From Zancudomyces culisetae HAW-14-8 (taxonomy: Eukaryota; Fungi; Kickxellomycota), in NCBI GenBank assembly GCA_052426225.1, contig JBNJNM010000015.1, positions 186,001 to 250,000 of the forward strand: DNA of 64,000 nucleotides, read 5' to 3'. Below are positions 1-12,009 of the stretch, one piece after another (the first letter of the stretch is position 1; every line of letters starts with the position of its first letter). The notes beneath the pieces were generated by a model that was not told the origin of the DNA, did not search any database, and was given only the letters and a program-made list of their open reading frames with translations. The position numbers were made by a program, and so were the translations under genes.

Positions 1-1304
1 GAACAGCAAATGTAATGCTGTCAGCGGATGAAACGTACGCAGACATTACTCCTGTACGGTTGGACGAAAACAGTGTTAGTGCGTTTTTGAGCATAATGCG
101 TGGATGCAACAATATGTGCAGCTATTGTATTGTTCCATTTACAAGAGGTGTAGAACGGAGTAGGGATGTGGATAGCATAGCAGGGGAAGTACATGGGCTC
201 CGTGAACAGGGCGTCAAAGAAATAGTTCTACTAGGTCAAAATGTGAATTCGTACAGAGATACTTCAGTGAGCAAGCTTTATCCGAGCCTTCCTGCGTTAA
301 ATGATACTACGGATGTGAATAATGATGGCGGTAACCAATTGAGTCGAGGATTTACATCCCTACACAAGAGAAGAGCGCATGAAAACACGCGCTCATTTGC
401 GGATCTGTTGGAGGTAGTAGCAAAAGTAGACCCAGAATCACTCCGAGTTTCATTCACTTCGCCACATCCAAAAGACTTTCCTGATAGTGTTCTCGCGACC
501 ATCCGGGATAATGTCAATATTTCAAGAAATATACACCTTCCCGCACAGGCAGGAAGTGATACTGTGCTACAAAGAATGCGTAGAGGATACACGTTTGATT
601 CGTATTTAAGATTGGTTGAAAATATTCACAAATTCATTCCTGACGCCACGTTGAGCACAGATATGATTGTCGGATTTTGTGGCGAAACGGACGAAGAGTT
701 TAAACAGACACTTAGACTTATGGAATTGGTTCAATTCGATATGGCATACATGTTTGCTTATAGGTAAGATAATTTCGTACTATCGAATAAACTATAACCT
801 TATACTGGATTTCATACTCGATACTCCATCAAGAATATATATAAATATACATTAACTGTAAAAAATACAATTTAACAAAATATAAAATAATAAAATAATA
901 AAATAAAATAAATCAAAATAAATAGCTTGAGAGAAAAGACTCACGCACATAGAAATTACAAAGATGATGTGAGTCCAGAGGTGAAACAAGAAAGGTTACA
1001 AGCCATGATAGAACTATTTCACACCTTGGCCAGGGAAAAGAATAAGAAATACATCGGGAATAAAGTACTGGTATTAGTAGAAGGTGCGAACTATAACCCA
1101 AATGACCACAAAAGCGTCTATGGAAAAGACCAGTATAACCACAAAGTGTTTCTCCTTCCAGATAGCAATAATCCTACTTCATTTAGCTCGTTCAAAAGGG
1201 GCGATTTTGTAACCGCCAAAGTTATCTCGTCTTCCTCGACTTCCTTGACAGCAGAAGCTATACAGGCGTCGACAATTTCCCAGTATTACAACGCACTTGT
1301 TTGA
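1..1304 (+). CDS. CDK5RAP1: tRNA methylthiotransferase CDK5RAP1/MiaB-type (radical SAM + TRAM), 5'-partial; intron 764..925
   Basis: Motifs IMRGCNNMCSYCIVP (CxxxCxxC), LLGQNVNSY, TSPHPKDF, IHLPAQAG and STDMIVGFCGET. GTAAGA donor at 764 and TAG acceptor at 925 give FAYSLREKTHAHR, followed by a TRAM-like C-terminus. The frame is open to the window start. Confidence 0.93.
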
Positions 1305-1368
1305 AATGGTATTTAGAACTACGAGTAACTTTGCCTTCACCCATCCCCTCCTCTCCTCACATTCTTTT

Positions 1369-1851
1369 TTAAAGCATAGTCATCAACTGACCATTATACC
1401 TTCTAACCTCGGTCAGAATCTCGTCCAGTATTTCATTACACTTTGTTAGTACGTCTATCTTACTAATAAACGTCCTTCTCCTTATCACTATGTATTCTTT
1501 ACCATGTATCATCATGATCTCTCCCATATTTCCTCCTAACAACGATTCCATGATTCCGATTGTCTTTTTTTTCAGTTCTGTTGCTATGATTTTCATTTCG
1601 TCTAATTTACTCACTGATATTTCTAACAGGATTGTCTCCTTTTTGTTACATTTAATCACAGAGTTTACGTTATCATGAATAATTCTAATCTCATCCAACA
1701 TTTCATCCGATGCTTGATTGTTTACCAAGAAAGCATTATTGACCAGGGCCTCTAAACGCTCCACTACTGTCATTGCCCTTTTTACCGAGTTCACATTAGC
1801 ATTTGCCTCTACCAAGTGTTTTATTCGTCTCAGGGTCTCCAGATATTCCAT
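1369..1851 (-). CDS. hypothetical helical protein, 160 aa
   Basis: ATG-initiated ORF with protein-like composition, convergent with CDK5RAP1; no recognised motif. Confidence 0.5.
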   Translation of the reverse strand: MEYLETLRRIKHLVEANANVNSVKRAMTVVERLEALVNNAFLVNNQASDEMLDEIRIIHDNVNSVIKCNKKETILLEISVSKLDEMKIIATELKKKTIGIMESLLGGNMGEIMMIHGKEYIVIRRRTFISKIDVLTKCNEILDEILTEVRRYNGQLMTML

Positions 1852-4800
1852 AATCTATTTTAAATTCGTGTTAACAGTATGCAATTGAATTTTATTCTTT
1901 CTTGGCTATAATCTGTAAAAATCGGATGAACGGAAGAAAGCTTTACCTGGACTATATCAAACGTTGATCCAATTTTAAATTCTATTTCTGTTGGATCTGT
2001 GCTTTTTTGATCTTTGTCGAAAATGTATATCAACTATACATGTTTTAAGTGTATTTATTTGTCAGAAAAAAAATTAAGGTTCCTTGCTCTTCAGACCACT
2101 TTCCTTTCTTTCTTAAAATATCGCTACCATTACTACCACACAAAACTTAATATCTTACCAAATTTTTCATCTGACAGCCGAAAAGATCAGCTGTGCCTCC
2201 ACTTTTCTCGGGTACCTCATTTTCGTTAAGAGATCTTTGGAGTTTTTTTTTATAATTGAAAAATACAAATACACTCATATTAGGATCAACTGTAAAGGGA
2301 ATATATATAAATTTTATTTAAATGGTAAAATGGCAAAGCAAAAAAAAAAACAATAGAATCTTACTCTTCTGGATTGAATATCATAGTACAGTTTTCGTTA
2401 CTATCCACAATGTCGATACACTATTTAGATTAATCGTTCGTTCAGTAAAATGGCACATGTTAAAGTGCTATTCAGACTTTTTTTTTTGCTCTGGGATGAA
2501 CAATGTAGTTTTGCTTTACCTCTATAATTCGACTCTTTATCCACTCCAGGTTTTTGGCATACATCTCCCCAACAAGCCATTGGACCTCCTGAACCTAACA
2601 TTATGCATTGAATTACAAGGTTAAAATGTATGGATAAGGACAAACTCCAAGTAAGGTATCTCAATCGTATTCGAATATCGTCTTTACACCAGTTATTCAT
2701 ACAAAGTCCTCCTAAAGATTCAAATAGGCATAATGCCGTTAATGGTGGAAATTCATGTTGGCTTACCTTGGAAAATTCTTCTTCCAGCATTTCTTTCGTA
2801 TTTTTTTTTTTTTGATAGTGTTTTTTTTTTTGTAAACTTCTCTTGGACAATTTCAAGTTTATCGTATTTATTCAAGAGTAAAATAAAACATCCTAAAGCA
2901 GGGAAATAAAGCTCAAGTTCAGATATATGCACTTGGAATAAACCAATGTGTTGTATTTTTTAAGTGTTGGATGTCCTATTGGCTGCATTGCACCATTTCT
3001 TATTTTTGCAATTTGAAATTACCAAACTAGCCAATGGCATGTAAACAGGGGATTTGTAAGCCAATACGGTTAAAATCGATAAAATGGATACTATTTGATC
3101 AGCGCTACTAAAATGTTCGAGGAAACAGATTTAGCCTACCACTATGTGTCTGCTAATAAGCGTATCAAAATGCTATTGTAGCTACCTTTTGTTATTATGC
3201 GAGACTAGAAACTATTCAAAGTATTACTTTCCATTCATCATAACTGTTTGCTTTTCAAAAAAGAAAAAGTGAAAAACAGAACAAAATTATATTTTTGTCC
3301 AAGTTTGTTTGTATTCATGTTTTTTGGAAACGGAAATAAGTGGGCTCAGCTTGGCAAAACATGGTTATAAACCCTGTAAATACCCAACAATCTTTGGAGG
3401 ATACATCACAGAAAATTTGTATTAAAAAGCTGGGACAGTTGATTCTTTGGTAAGCTAAATGTTAAGATCTACCCTTGGTTCAACGTATTACAATGTAAGC
3501 AAACTTTACTCTGGAACATCAGTGAACATGTCACTTCCAACCACCTGTAGGTGTTGATTGACACACTATTTATTAATATAATACAATCCTCAGAGTAAGC
3601 TGACTCTGGTTGCAAAAAAAAAAAAGACATGGAGCCAAATACAATTCCCTTTTATTTCCTCAGATACCAACATATAAAGCAAATCGATCAGAGAATCAAG
3701 TAGACTTCTAATTGGTACATTTGTATATCTCACAAGTGGAATGTACCTAATATATTATGTGTATTACATTGCTTCTTCTTTTCTTTGTTCACGACTATTG
3801 CTCTAAAAGAAAATGAATCATTATGATGATGTTTCTATTGTACTCATCATAAAGATTTGCTGTGTTCAAAAATTACATATTCTGAGTCTAAATGGAAGGG
3901 TCACCTGGGTATCAATCCTAGTTCTCTGAGATTTATCTCTTCAGTGTTTTTATTCTTGCTTTCTTTTTCACATGTATGAAATGGATGTACCAAAAATGGT
4001 AGGATCGACACTCTCAAATATATTGTATTGCTTGAATTGACAGTCACAAAAACAGAATATCTAATTGTACTACAAATAGGTGATGTGGTATTGCTTCTAG
4101 GAAACAAAGTATGAATACCTTTGAAAGGTCGCACTACTCTTGACAGGCTCTTTGGGTTTGTTTTTATTAACAAAGATTTTATCACTATTTCTGGGAGATA
4201 TCTCCAGAGATACAATCATCCCCTATTAAAAAAAATTTTTTTTTGTTTTTATACGCCAAATAATTGGCAAGATGTTGGTTTGAAGTTCAGGCAGTTATTA
4301 TAAGTATCTCCATATTGAAGCAACATAAATGATAAATTAATCATTACATTAGTCTGAGGGTTATTTTTACGTTTTAGTTTCTTGATTGCTTGCACAGAAA
4401 CACATTCTGTAGTTACCCAAACCGACCGGATCATATCAGCTTTTATTGAATAAGTAACATTCTTGCATTCTTCTTGTACCTTGCACCTAGAACTAGAGTT
4501 AAGCTCAAATGTGAACAAACCCTCCTTTTATGCAGGCTGTTTCATTATTTTGTGCTATAGCTCAATTTCTGGTTCATTTTTTTTTGTTGCCCAAGCTAAA
4601 ATATGACTGTTTGTATCCAAAATTGAGCTGCCCTATATTTAACGACGATCTTGCCACTTCGGGTACTCCCTTTTCCACCTATTTCCTATAGGTCATTAGT
4701 GGTTTGTTAAGATTTGAACACCTAATCATATTCATATCCTACCCACTCTTTGCTACATTCTTTATTTTTTTAGATAATCCCGTTCATTATGCTAAACCTC

Positions 4801-6038
4801 ATAGTTTTTTGGTCTCACAGAAATTAAAAAAATGGATTGGCAATATGATTGGCTTTAATTAATAGTTGTCGAGACATTTAAATGCCAATTCCAAATTAGT
4901 GAAAAGGTGGCCGGATACTCTCTTTTACGTTCCGCTGGTTCGTTGTTTTGTTACTGTGTTATTGTTTGAATTTTTCCCTTCACTTTCCCCAAATTAATCG
5001 TAGACAAGTAAAATTCATATCTCTTTAACCGAAGAATTAGTAGATGCGAAACTGGAGCTTATTATGATAACAAATCCCCTTGTTTGTAGTCTGGCAGTCA
5101 CTTTTTTCTGCATTCTTCTTTCTGCATTGAATCCTTTCGCATTTTTTTGCATATTTTCACATATTTAATCATATACATATATATTTAGAAAAGTATCAGT
5201 TGAAGTTGCTGGAAAATCAGTCCCTAGAATGTGATTATTTATAACCAATAAGCCCTCCATCAAGCATCAAACATCAAGCACCAGGAGGTAAGCCACCTTT
5301 TCTTTCTACATTCGTAAAACACCATAGTACAACCTTCACACAAACAAAAATCGCATCAAATATCATTCGACGCCTAAATATAGCCTTATTAAATATATAT
5401 ATTTTTTAATTTTGCGTAAACATGGGTTATGGTTGACGTTTTGTGAGCTTTTAAAAACGTATAGATTTTTAATTTTGCAACGTTCAGTACACAAGTCTGT
5501 ATACACAAATCGTTACTCTATCATAATTTTGGCGAATTATTATATTTGAAATCCAAGCTTTTTATTATTATTCAAACCATTAAAAGGTCTGGCTTTTTTT
5601 AATTTTTATGTCTAAATATTAGCGATGAAATAACCTAAATATAACTATAGTTTTGTAATGGCTGGTAATCTCCATTTAATGAATTTTTTTTTTTTACTTT
5701 TGCCTTTGCCTTTGCTCAGTTCCAATTAATTTCATCTTCGTTTCTGCGCCATTTGGTCTCATTTATTAAGCCTCGAACACCAATATTTGTTGCTTAATGC
5801 AAATACATGCACATCCAATTGATTATGGAATAACAGGCAATTTTTTGTTTTTTTTTTGCTGTTGTATATTTCCCTAGAGAAACTAAAAGTATTTAAATAT
5901 CACTTTCCCATTTATAGACCTTGAAACTAAAAAGGTCATTTGGAACTATTCTGTTTTTGTATTTATAATTTATATTTAGATCCCCGTTTTTTCAATTGTA
6001 AGGGTACCAAACCTGTAAGTAAATATTAAACTTGAAAA

Positions 6039-6170
6039 ATGATGAAACTAATGTATGATCCAGAAGGCATGAAGAACAATAATATCGAACAGGAGCAAGA
6101 TTATCCGGTAGTTAGAAAGCCGATGTCAACACCAGATGACTATGTATATGGCCCCTCCGGTCACCCATAA
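6039..6170 (+). CDS. small ORF A, 43 aa (MMKLMYDPEGMKNNNIEQEQDYPVVRKPMSTPDDYVYGPSGHP), paralog of 24412..24531
   Basis: Translated by hand; 11/19 identical core residues with ORF B, 6 of them encoded by synonymous variants. Confidence 0.65.
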   Translation: MMKLMYDPEGMKNNNIEQEQDYPVVRKPMSTPDDYVYGPSGHP

Positions 6171-6303
6171 CAGAAAAATTTGATGTGCGGAACCCTCTGT
6201 CACTTTGACTGATACCGAGTATGGATCTGAAGTTGTTTAAGCTCTATTTCATTGAAAGGGTTTCTAGCTACCGACAAAGATCGGGTGTAGGTATGGTAAA
6301 ATG

Positions 6304-6338
6304 AATAGATAGGATAGATAGGATAGATAGGATAGATA
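6304..6338 (+). repeat. 9-nt tandem repeat (ATAGGATAG) about 3.5 copies
   Basis: aatagataggatagataggatagataggatagata read directly. Confidence 0.7.
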
Positions 6339-9300
6339 CACAAGTTGTATAAGCAGCGATAGAATACAGAAACAGTTTTTTTTTAAAGAAAGAGTAGACC
6401 ACTAAATTCTATAGAAAATGAATTCCGTTGTAGAAGTCGGTGATTATACACAACACATATTACGATATTTTTATTTGATTATTTTAAACAGTATACTTGC
6501 CGGTATTGATACTCATCCTGTATGTTTCAGAAGTAAGAGTGCCATGGCTACCTTAGAAGTGATGATTTGTGATCCACTTGCAAAAATAAAATAAAATAAC
6601 GGATAAAACGAACAGGACATATATGAGATATCAATATTGGCAAAAGATAGTTAAGCCTTTTGATTCAGATTACTCCCATTTATAGTGCATTAATATCTTG
6701 AATACGACTGGTTTATTTCTTACTAATAAAAGTTAGCTATTGTATTAACCCAACATGCTTTTATCTATTTATGCTTAATCAAACCATTAGCTGAAACTGC
6801 CTATAGCCATTTCATGTATATAAAAAAAAGAATGGCAGAATATAGTGCACAGATAATAGTACTAGTTATGATTTCAGCTCATGCTTGTGTGAGTGTTGCA
6901 CCCCCAAACCTTCATGATGGTCTTTTATCTTTATTTTTGTTTTTGTTTTTATTTTTACAAAAAACGAGAACCTATGAAACTATATCATTTCCGTTTTTGA
7001 GTAAAGTCAGCTCATTCCCACTTCTCCATGGTATTTTAACAAATAGACTTGTAATAATGCAAATAAAGTGGGGGGGAAAGGAGAGGAGAAAAAGTTACCA
7101 ACAGGAAATGCTGGTATATAGATGAAAGTGTTAATCTTGTGGAAGAGCCTACCAGTTTTAGCGTTTTATAAATCCTGGTAATTAACTTATATTTACCAAT
7201 TTTACCACTTCTACCCAACAATAATTGTCAGTATTTATTATTTTAGTAATTACTCATTTGTGTAAACATCAAGAAATAAAAGTAGCCTAAAAATGACCTC
7301 CGAAAATTTCCTATTCCGTAATTGTGCAATGATTTTGAGCTAGAGATAAAGTTGACCTCCTCTTTATATGTGAACCGCTTAATTCTTGGTTATACGTAAT
7401 TTAACCTTAATTTAGCTACAGGGTATTAGCAAATCAAGCCAGAGTGTTGTAAAACGTTGATATCATATTCCCATTTTTGGCTTGTTAATAATCTGCGGCA
7501 AATATAATAGTATCATTTGATTTGAATTACGTTTATTTATAATACGGTGATTCTGATTATCTTTGCTCAGACAAAACTCGGTTAGCTTATTTATTGTTGT
7601 ATTATATGCATTTTATAAACCATGCAAAATGTAACAGTTTGAATTCTAACTTACGAAGCAACCATTTATTTCATTTGTTACTTAAAGTTTTATCAAAAAA
7701 GAAAAAGAAAAAGCACTACATAAAACTAAAAAGTAGGATGAATTATCTTTTGGATTAATTGGCCGACGTTGATATTACACACTTTTTTTGGTTTACACAA
7801 GTCAAAGTCACGTACTTTTTCGAGAACAAAGCAAGAAATATCAACAACAACAACCGATTTACTTGGCCCAGCTTTTTATTTTTCCAACTTTCACCCTCCA
7901 CAATCCTCTACAAATTTATCTCTGTTATCTTTTGAGTTTTTCCTGGAACTTTCCTTATATTTAAAGACCAAACCAATTTTAATAGTGTGTAATTTAGTGC
8001 ACAGCCATGGAAGGGATGAATGGACAGAGTTATGAATGATAAATAACTAAAACCCAGCAAGCTAGTATCGACATAGAATATACAGTACAATGGTTTTTTT
8101 TTAAAAAAAATATTGCATGAGTTTGGATGCAAGCCACATTTTATCTATAGACGAATTAAACGTACAGATAATATCGAGCCAAATAAAAGCGTCAGTAATG
8201 TTTGGCTAGGCAACTCGGGAATTTCGATGCTCAGCATTTTTGCACATATACACGTATAGGCAAATGCTTGGGGGCAGGTAAATAAAGCTGCTTTTAATTT
8301 CGTACATTTTGTATTTATGGTTTTTTTGGATTGTACGCAGAAAAAAAAAAGGGAGCTAAAAAAAAGTCTCAAAAACAACGTCATTAGAGCTGTTACTCTA
8401 CACACGAAACTCATATTTGTACATCTACACTGTTCATTTCTTTTTCTAGTTGAGTATCCAAGAAGGAGGGTGTGTGCGTGTAAAGTTAGGAGAGTCTGCT
8501 TTGTGAGTGACATCACAACAGTGCTTACGAAAAAGTGCTTTTTTCCCGTTTCCTCCCCCTTTTTTTTCCAAAACTGGTGGGAGAATAACATCTCTGTATC
8601 CTTTTTTTTTCTGCTGGCTGTGTGGACTAGTATTTACCAACCAACCCTCTCCTCTTCCCACCACTCTGAGTTGTTTTTGTAAAGCGTTATTGATAATTAA
8701 GTCGATTCGTTATACAAATATTTCTCAAATGAAAAACAAAAACCCTATTAACGTGTATTTTTGAAAAGATGAAGTGCGCAATTTAATTGGAAAATAAATT
8801 TATAGAGGTGGTGTGAGATTGCAGGCTCATTAGGTATCAAGCATAGTGTATATTGCCTGTATTGTTTACTTGGAACCACTGAGGTTAATGTACAAATTAT
8901 AACATGAGTGTGACTTTTAAAATGTGCATATTAAGTAAGGTAAAAGAAAATGAAGGGATAGACTATGTTAATACAAAGATACCCCGAAAGATGGAAAAAT
9001 ACCTTGTCATCAACTATCTTTTGGCTTCAGTTCAATAAGCGTATAAGCTTTTTTTCTTTTAAATTTTTTAAAATCTTTTTTGAGGTAAAATCAGCGCAAC
9101 AAAGTTCAAAGTCAGATGGTAGAAATAAAGAGGAGCCAGCAAATAGAAACACTAAGATTAGTTATTTATTTGCGTACATTTCAACAACAAAATTTATATG
9201 TAAAGACTTGCAAGCTAGAAGATTTGTGTTTTGCACCAATTGGTGGCCAAACAGATAAAATTATTAGAACACTAATTGATTTAAAAATGCCTAGTTAATA

Positions 9301-9493
9301 TATCCTAGTTTGTTTCCTAAATACGTGAAAGATTGGTATTTTGTCTAATGTACAATATTGTAATACTAAACCAAGCAAACAGCTAGGAATAATTCAAAAT
9401 AGAACCAACAACGCAAAGGTCAACAGAAACCTCGAGATAAGGCTGTAATTGTAACTTTTAAATAAATCAATCGAGAAAAAAAAAAGGAAAAAA

Positions 9494-11887
9494 ATGTATT
9501 CGGAGGGAGGAGGAGAAAATGCAGAAATACGAAAATATGCAATACAAAGGTTGGCAAAACTGTTCAAACATCAAGATGATCTAAAGTACAAATTAGATAC
9601 ACTGAAGAATAAGCTGACACAAGAAAAGTTGCTAATCGATGCACAGCTGAGTGCGGATGTGCAGCGACAATTTGATGATGTACAGGAAGGACTAGAATTG
9701 CTCTCAGCAACAGGAGATCAAATAAAGCTTGTGAGAACAGAAATGAAAGAGGTTGATGCACTTTGTTTTGATGCACAGAGTTTTTTGTCAAATTACGACC
9801 GAATCAAAAAAATCTCAATAGTGCATAAAAATTTTGAACAAGCAGAGGCCTTTTATGTAAAGTTTAAAAACTTTAATGAGCGGTGTTTAGGAGTTGGCGA
9901 GATGTTACGAGAAGCCAACATTAATATGGAAAAGTATGATTATAATTTGTTGAAGATGCACTACCAGATTTATCAGCTCGAGGATTTTAGAGAACAAGCT
10001 GTTACTTTGACTGTAGATTGCGATGAGGATGTAAGAGAGACGTTGACAGATGTGTTTTTGGATTTTGATAATATTAGGGTGGCATTTGAACACTTTTTTT
10101 GGGAGGTGGCACGCAAATTGTACGAGCTAGGCTCGAATGGTCAACAGGCACTTATAATTCAGTTACTAAAAGTGATTGAGATGGAGGAGCGGGCAGATCT
10201 GCAAAGCAAAAAAGAGCAGGAGAAAATAAAGGAAAACAACAAGAAGATGGGGACGAATAGAGTGTATGGTACAGCAGGATTAGGAGGGTTTGGGGGTGGA
10301 GGAGGAATGACGCGAGTCAATGGGAGACCCGAGCGCAAAATCAAGGGATATAAAGAGAAGTTTCTTGGAATAATAGGCGATATTGTCAAGGGAAGAATAG
10401 AGGAGTTTTTCCAGGAAGTGGCAAACGAAGAAGAGGAAGTAGTGAACTCGACAGGACTAGTGATAGATGACCTAATGTTTGTGACAGAAAGCATAGCACC
10501 ATGTTTTCCGGCACACTACGATATTTTTAACATGTTTGTAATGAAATACCACAGCGCAATAATTGGCGAGGCGAACACAATGGCAGAGGGCAGCCATATA
10601 GAGGGACGGACGATTTTGCAACTGCTGCGATGGGCGAGAGAATACCATTCGATGATGAGGAAGGAACTTGGAGTCAGCAAGGAGATACTGGTTCCGATGT
10701 TGTTGGGCGACCGCGAAGAGGACCTGGTGGCACAGTACTTGGGTTTGGTTGTGGGAAAGGTGCATGAATGGGTAATGAACCTGATGCGTACTGAGACAAA
10801 GGAGTTTTTGGAGCGATCCAAGCCACCAGAGACAGGCGAAGGAGGCGGGCAGTATGTGATGCAAGGTAGTGTGATTATGTTTGAAATTATCAACCAGCAA
10901 ATTGACTTGGCAGTTGAATCTAACCGCGGCAAGCTGCTGGTCGACTTGGTTGTTGAGTGCAACAAAATATTCAAGGCAACCAATACTCAATGGTTGGAGA
11001 TTATCAGTGCTGAAACCACAAAGCAGATAGATCGACCTGACGAAGCAGCTGAAGGCCTGGTGGACTATCTGATGGCCCTAGCGAATGACCAGTTGCGGTG
11101 TGTTGAGTTTGCTGAAGCTATTCTGACACGACTATGCGAACAGTTGAGCCGTAGCTACCAGGAACGGTTGTCGACCGAGCTGGGGTTGGCTATGGAGGGG
11201 TTTATGGAGGTGGCGCAGCGGGCGATTGTGTCGCTGGCCGAAATTGTGTTTAGTGATCTCAAACCCATTTTTACAGCGCAGTTTTCCAATGAATGGTATG
11301 GCGAAGATTTGTTGCAACCAGTGATTGAAACTTTGCGAGATTATTGTAACGATTTCGGCGCACATCTACATGAGTTTTTATACAGCCGGATTATGGCTGA
11401 GTTGTTGGAAAAATACGTTGCTAACTATATCGATTCTATTCACCATAAATCAGTGCGGTTTAAGAAGGGCAAGTGTGTAAACAAGATCAATAACGAAATC
11501 GAGACTATGACAAGTTTCTTTGCCGAATACATGTTGCCTGCGGATAGCAGCGAGGATGCCGAACAGCAGCAGCAGCGCAAGCTGGAATCAAAAGAACTGG
11601 TTAATAAATCGATGCTTGCCTTGACCATGCTGGTATCCATTATCGATGCCACACCTACCATGATCTTTCTTGAATACTTTTCAATGCTCAAAACTTTCCC
11701 CGATGTTCCATTAATTCTGATAGAAGACATTCTCACCAAACGTGACGATATGGAACGCAGCCAGATCAAGTCAATTATGGAAAACCTCAAGGCAAAAACC
11801 AGTGCTGAAAGCAATACTGCCATGGCCAGAAGTGCCGCAAATGCCAATACGGTCTTTTCAAAACTGATTCACTACAACTTGGCTTAG
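9494..11887 (+). CDS. SEC6: exocyst complex component Sec6/EXOC3, intronless, 797 aa
   Basis: N-terminal A.QRLAKLFKHQDDL..KL...K..IDAQL pattern, LL..HY.IYQLE.FRE, LMALANDQLRC and the overall length match fungal Sec6. Confidence 0.9.
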   Translation: MYSEGGGENAEIRKYAIQRLAKLFKHQDDLKYKLDTLKNKLTQEKLLIDAQLSADVQRQFDDVQEGLELLSATGDQIKLVRTEMKEVDALCFDAQSFLSNYDRIKKISIVHKNFEQAEAFYVKFKNFNERCLGVGEMLREANINMEKYDYNLLKMHYQIYQLEDFREQAVTLTVDCDEDVRETLTDVFLDFDNIRVAFEHFFWEVARKLYELGSNGQQALIIQLLKVIEMEERADLQSKKEQEKIKENNKKMGTNRVYGTAGLGGFGGGGGMTRVNGRPERKIKGYKEKFLGIIGDIVKGRIEEFFQEVANEEEEVVNSTGLVIDDLMFVTESIAPCFPAHYDIFNMFVMKYHSAIIGEANTMAEGSHIEGRTILQLLRWAREYHSMMRKELGVSKEILVPMLLGDREEDLVAQYLGLVVGKVHEWVMNLMRTETKEFLERSKPPETGEGGGQYVMQGSVIMFEIINQQIDLAVESNRGKLLVDLVVECNKIFKATNTQWLEIISAETTKQIDRPDEAAEGLVDYLMALANDQLRCVEFAEAILTRLCEQLSRSYQERLSTELGLAMEGFMEVAQRAIVSLAEIVFSDLKPIFTAQFSNEWYGEDLLQPVIETLRDYCNDFGAHLHEFLYSRIMAELLEKYVANYIDSIHHKSVRFKKGKCVNKINNEIETMTSFFAEYMLPADSSEDAEQQQQRKLESKELVNKSMLALTMLVSIIDATPTMIFLEYFSMLKTFPDVPLILIEDILTKRDDMERSQIKSIMENLKAKTSAESNTAMARSAANANTVFSKLIHYNLA

Positions 11888-12009
11888 CTTTATAATATTA
11901 CACTCTTCATTATTATTTTCGTTTTTCTTGCTTATTGAACTATTTTATTTATTTAATCTCTCGAGTACTTTTAAAAGGAAAAAAAAAAAAGACGATTAAT
12001 TAATTTAGT

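Noticed and set aside
2014-9298. Numerous 60-150 aa ORFs in the first spacer
   Set aside because: Phe/Lys/Leu-rich translations of A/T runs with no motifs or paralogy.
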